Source of the DNA: Tubulanus polymorphus
Taxonomy: Eukaryota > Animalia > Nemertea
Direction of reading: 5' to 3'
NCBI RefSeq assembly: GCF_964204645.1
Contig: NC_134027.1
Location: forward strand, 27,428,560 to 27,492,559
DNA: 64,000 nucleotides
A program made the position numbers and the translations under genes. Positions 61,261 to 64,000 of this stretch are shown here, piece after piece. Position 1 is the stretch's first letter, and the number at the start of each line of letters is the position of its first letter. A model generated the notes under the pieces. It was not told the origin of the DNA and searched no databases. It worked only from the letters and a program-made list of their open reading frames with translations.

Positions 61261-64000
61261 GCTCGTATATTTGTCACGGTTTCCATATCTCACGTTTCTT
61301 TTATTACTCTATTTATGAGGACGGTTGCTCGCATCGCGACTGATCACATCAAATGCTGAAATACTAAAGTGCTTTTAGACTTCTTCAGTCGTAAAATATT
61401 TACATTGGGAGAAAGCGACAAATGAACTGTCATTCATTTCTCGTCTGCGCCAGTCACGTGATAAAACATTTGCAGATGACTGTAGAAATATTTGTATAGC
61501 CACATCACCGCAAGAGAGTGAGTGCCGGTATGTTAGAATCTAAATAGCGTCCTTTTGATACTTCGCAAGAGTCAATACGAATTCGGTTCTTTCACCTTCA
61601 TCTTGGTGCGCACGCGAATCGATGCGTTCGCGGAAGAATCACGCAAAAGAGATAAATCGGGATTCAGAAATCTGTTTGGTATTTGCTGATGCGTGAAATG
61701 CGTGTTCGATGAACCACTAGTCTCTGAAGCCGTATTAACTACGTATCAACTATTCTACTGTCAATCTCGCGCTAAATAACCACCAGTATTTCTGTTAAGC
61801 CATTTATATCTTATATTCGCGAATCAATAAGCTCATAAACTGCTTATTTAGTGTCACTTCATTAGGCCGCCAATCCTGTAAATCTTTTTCATCATTGATC
61901 ATTCGTTTGTCTCAAAAATTGATTGAATTTTGGGACAGTTATAACCTACATGCAAGGAGGTGTGTAGTGTGTTTGCTGTGGAGGCTGCAGCCACGCAGTT
62001 GAACAGAAATCGTTGATGTATTCAATTTCTCCGGGTCATTACTCGTAACTTGTCATCAACAAGTTATTAAGCGTCGTGTATATATGTATGTCTACTGAGA
62101 GGGCAGTTAGCTTTATCGAATTTGATTACACACAATTTTCTCCTAGAGCTCCGGTGCGAAGGTTAACGGAAGAATTTTGACGCCGAGAGCGGTTCCTGGT
62201 CTCCGTCACTGTGCGCGACGTCTTACCTTCCAATTGGACCGGAAATAGGCTCGGCGGGGCCGTTAGGAATGCAATTCGGATAAATGATAAATTGTTTTTT
62301 TTTAAGAAAGGCGCCTCATCCGCATCAGCGCCACGAGGGAATTTATTTTCTTAGCATTCAAAAAATGTGAAATGTTTTTTTTTCAAATCTGGTAAGCAGT
62401 GCTGTTCCTCTGTCGTCATTAGCCTCGTTATAACGCACTAGCGACGGCTAGCAGGCGTAATACTGGTTTATACCGAGGAGACACTGAGTGAGAAGTGCTG
62501 CCAGGTTTTATAACTCAGCTCGTAAAATGTAATCACACTGACATAACAAATCAACGACTGTTTTTAGCGAACGTCGCACAAATTAGATTAGTGGCAATCT
62601 AGAATATGTCTGTTACAGTTATCGTCAGGTGTATGAGGTCAAACTGGCTTTTACTGTTCAGAGCAACCACCGCAGCCGCAGCCGCAGCTCGCATGCACAC
62701 AGTCGACGTATAACACGTCGACTTCCTGGCGAACACGACATTTCACATTGAGATGGAAGGGTTCCGGCGTGTTGTGGAAGTATCCCTGACATCACTGAAT
62801 TCTCTACACAAGAAACATTCAATCATCGCCGACTAATTTCACTGCGAGGTTACATTGAATCTTTCAAATTGTCATTAGAATTCAGTTCAGGACATGCACA
62901 GCAGGGGGCTCTCAGCGCTAGACCTAATCAACGATTTAAAATCAACGGTCATTAACGGCTGAAATAATTTGAACACAGCCTCTGAGAAGCTAATGGTTAA
63001 TCCTTTAGAAAATGAAGTTTTCCCGGATCACGTTTAGATAATGACGTTAAGAGGTTTACAGATTGGAGCCGGGTCTTTCCAATCACTTCCAGTCGTGTCT
63101 GTTCCTAAGTCGGGTTTATAGACTGGTATCTTCAACCGTAGTTTGTGAAACCCCCGGGTTGAGGTCTTTCCGCGTAACTGGGTCGAGCCGGGGCGGTCCC
63201 TGTTCCTGTTTAGAGCTAATGGAATGATCTTCATCCTCACGAATCTCGAGGCAGATACAGCCGACCGCTTTGATGTCCCCAACATTGTAATCTTAAAGAT
63301 TTTCAGGGGACTCTGTGCCCTTCTCCGTGGTGATGTGATGCTGGAATGAGTAACCGGGAATGGAGGCGGCTTCTGCCTCTGATATTTCTTCTCTCCAACT
63401 ATATAAAACCGGTATCATAGAATAACATGCCTCCCCTTCATACCCCCCCCCCCTTACAATATTTCTCAGGATTAAGGGTATGGGTTAGGGTCAGCAGTTC
63501 CATTAAGACTCTTCACTAAATCCGTCAATCCATTGTTGGGGAGTATCTGATTCTATGACTCCGGTAAGTCAGCCATATTGGAATTACACCACGCAGTTCC
63601 GTTCCGTACTGCGGCCCGCACGGTATTATATTCATATCTATAAGTGTTGTTTCTATGAAACGGATCTGTTGATGATGACAGACGGTAAGCAATCTCGATA
63701 CGGTTTCCGGACTCGCGCGTCTTAAGCAACGAAAAAAAAAACAAACTTTCACAGATTTTTATTGCACTTCTCGCGGCTCCGATCTTTCCACGCTATTAAT
63801 TACATTGAGTGAGTAAGGAGGCTTTTTGTCGGACAGCGCGAAGAAAAATCTCCATTCACCCGAAAATAGTCGATCAGCCGAGAATGATATATGACCGATG
63901 ACAACATCAGTTGAATCGGCTTTACCCGGATCAGTTCTCGATCATACTGTGTGATCTGATGACAATGATGAATAATGGCGGTTTATATTAGTTCATTCTC

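Overview
Intron-rich, AT-rich animal genomic DNA, probably from an invertebrate; the species cannot be fixed from the sequence. The left ~47 kb is gene-dense. It holds the 3' part of GLG1 (+), an intronless SAM-dependent methyltransferase (+) with a decayed paralogue upstream, CCDC51/MITOK (+), a multi-exon FRMD4 (+), PSKH1 (-), BORCS6 (-, with a U12-type intron) and two tandem Gfo/Idh/MocA oxidoreductases (-) resembling the fungal YMR315W type. Each oxidoreductase is preceded by a relic of BORCS6 exon 1. The right ~17 kb has no recognisable gene but carries three clusters of a ~150-170 bp repeat containing minimal type I hammerhead-ribozyme motifs (Penelope/retrozyme-like). Many minisatellites and MITEs are scattered throughout, and they explain most long entries in the ORF track. 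Exon boundaries were read by hand from splice sites and from recalled protein similarity, not from database searches.
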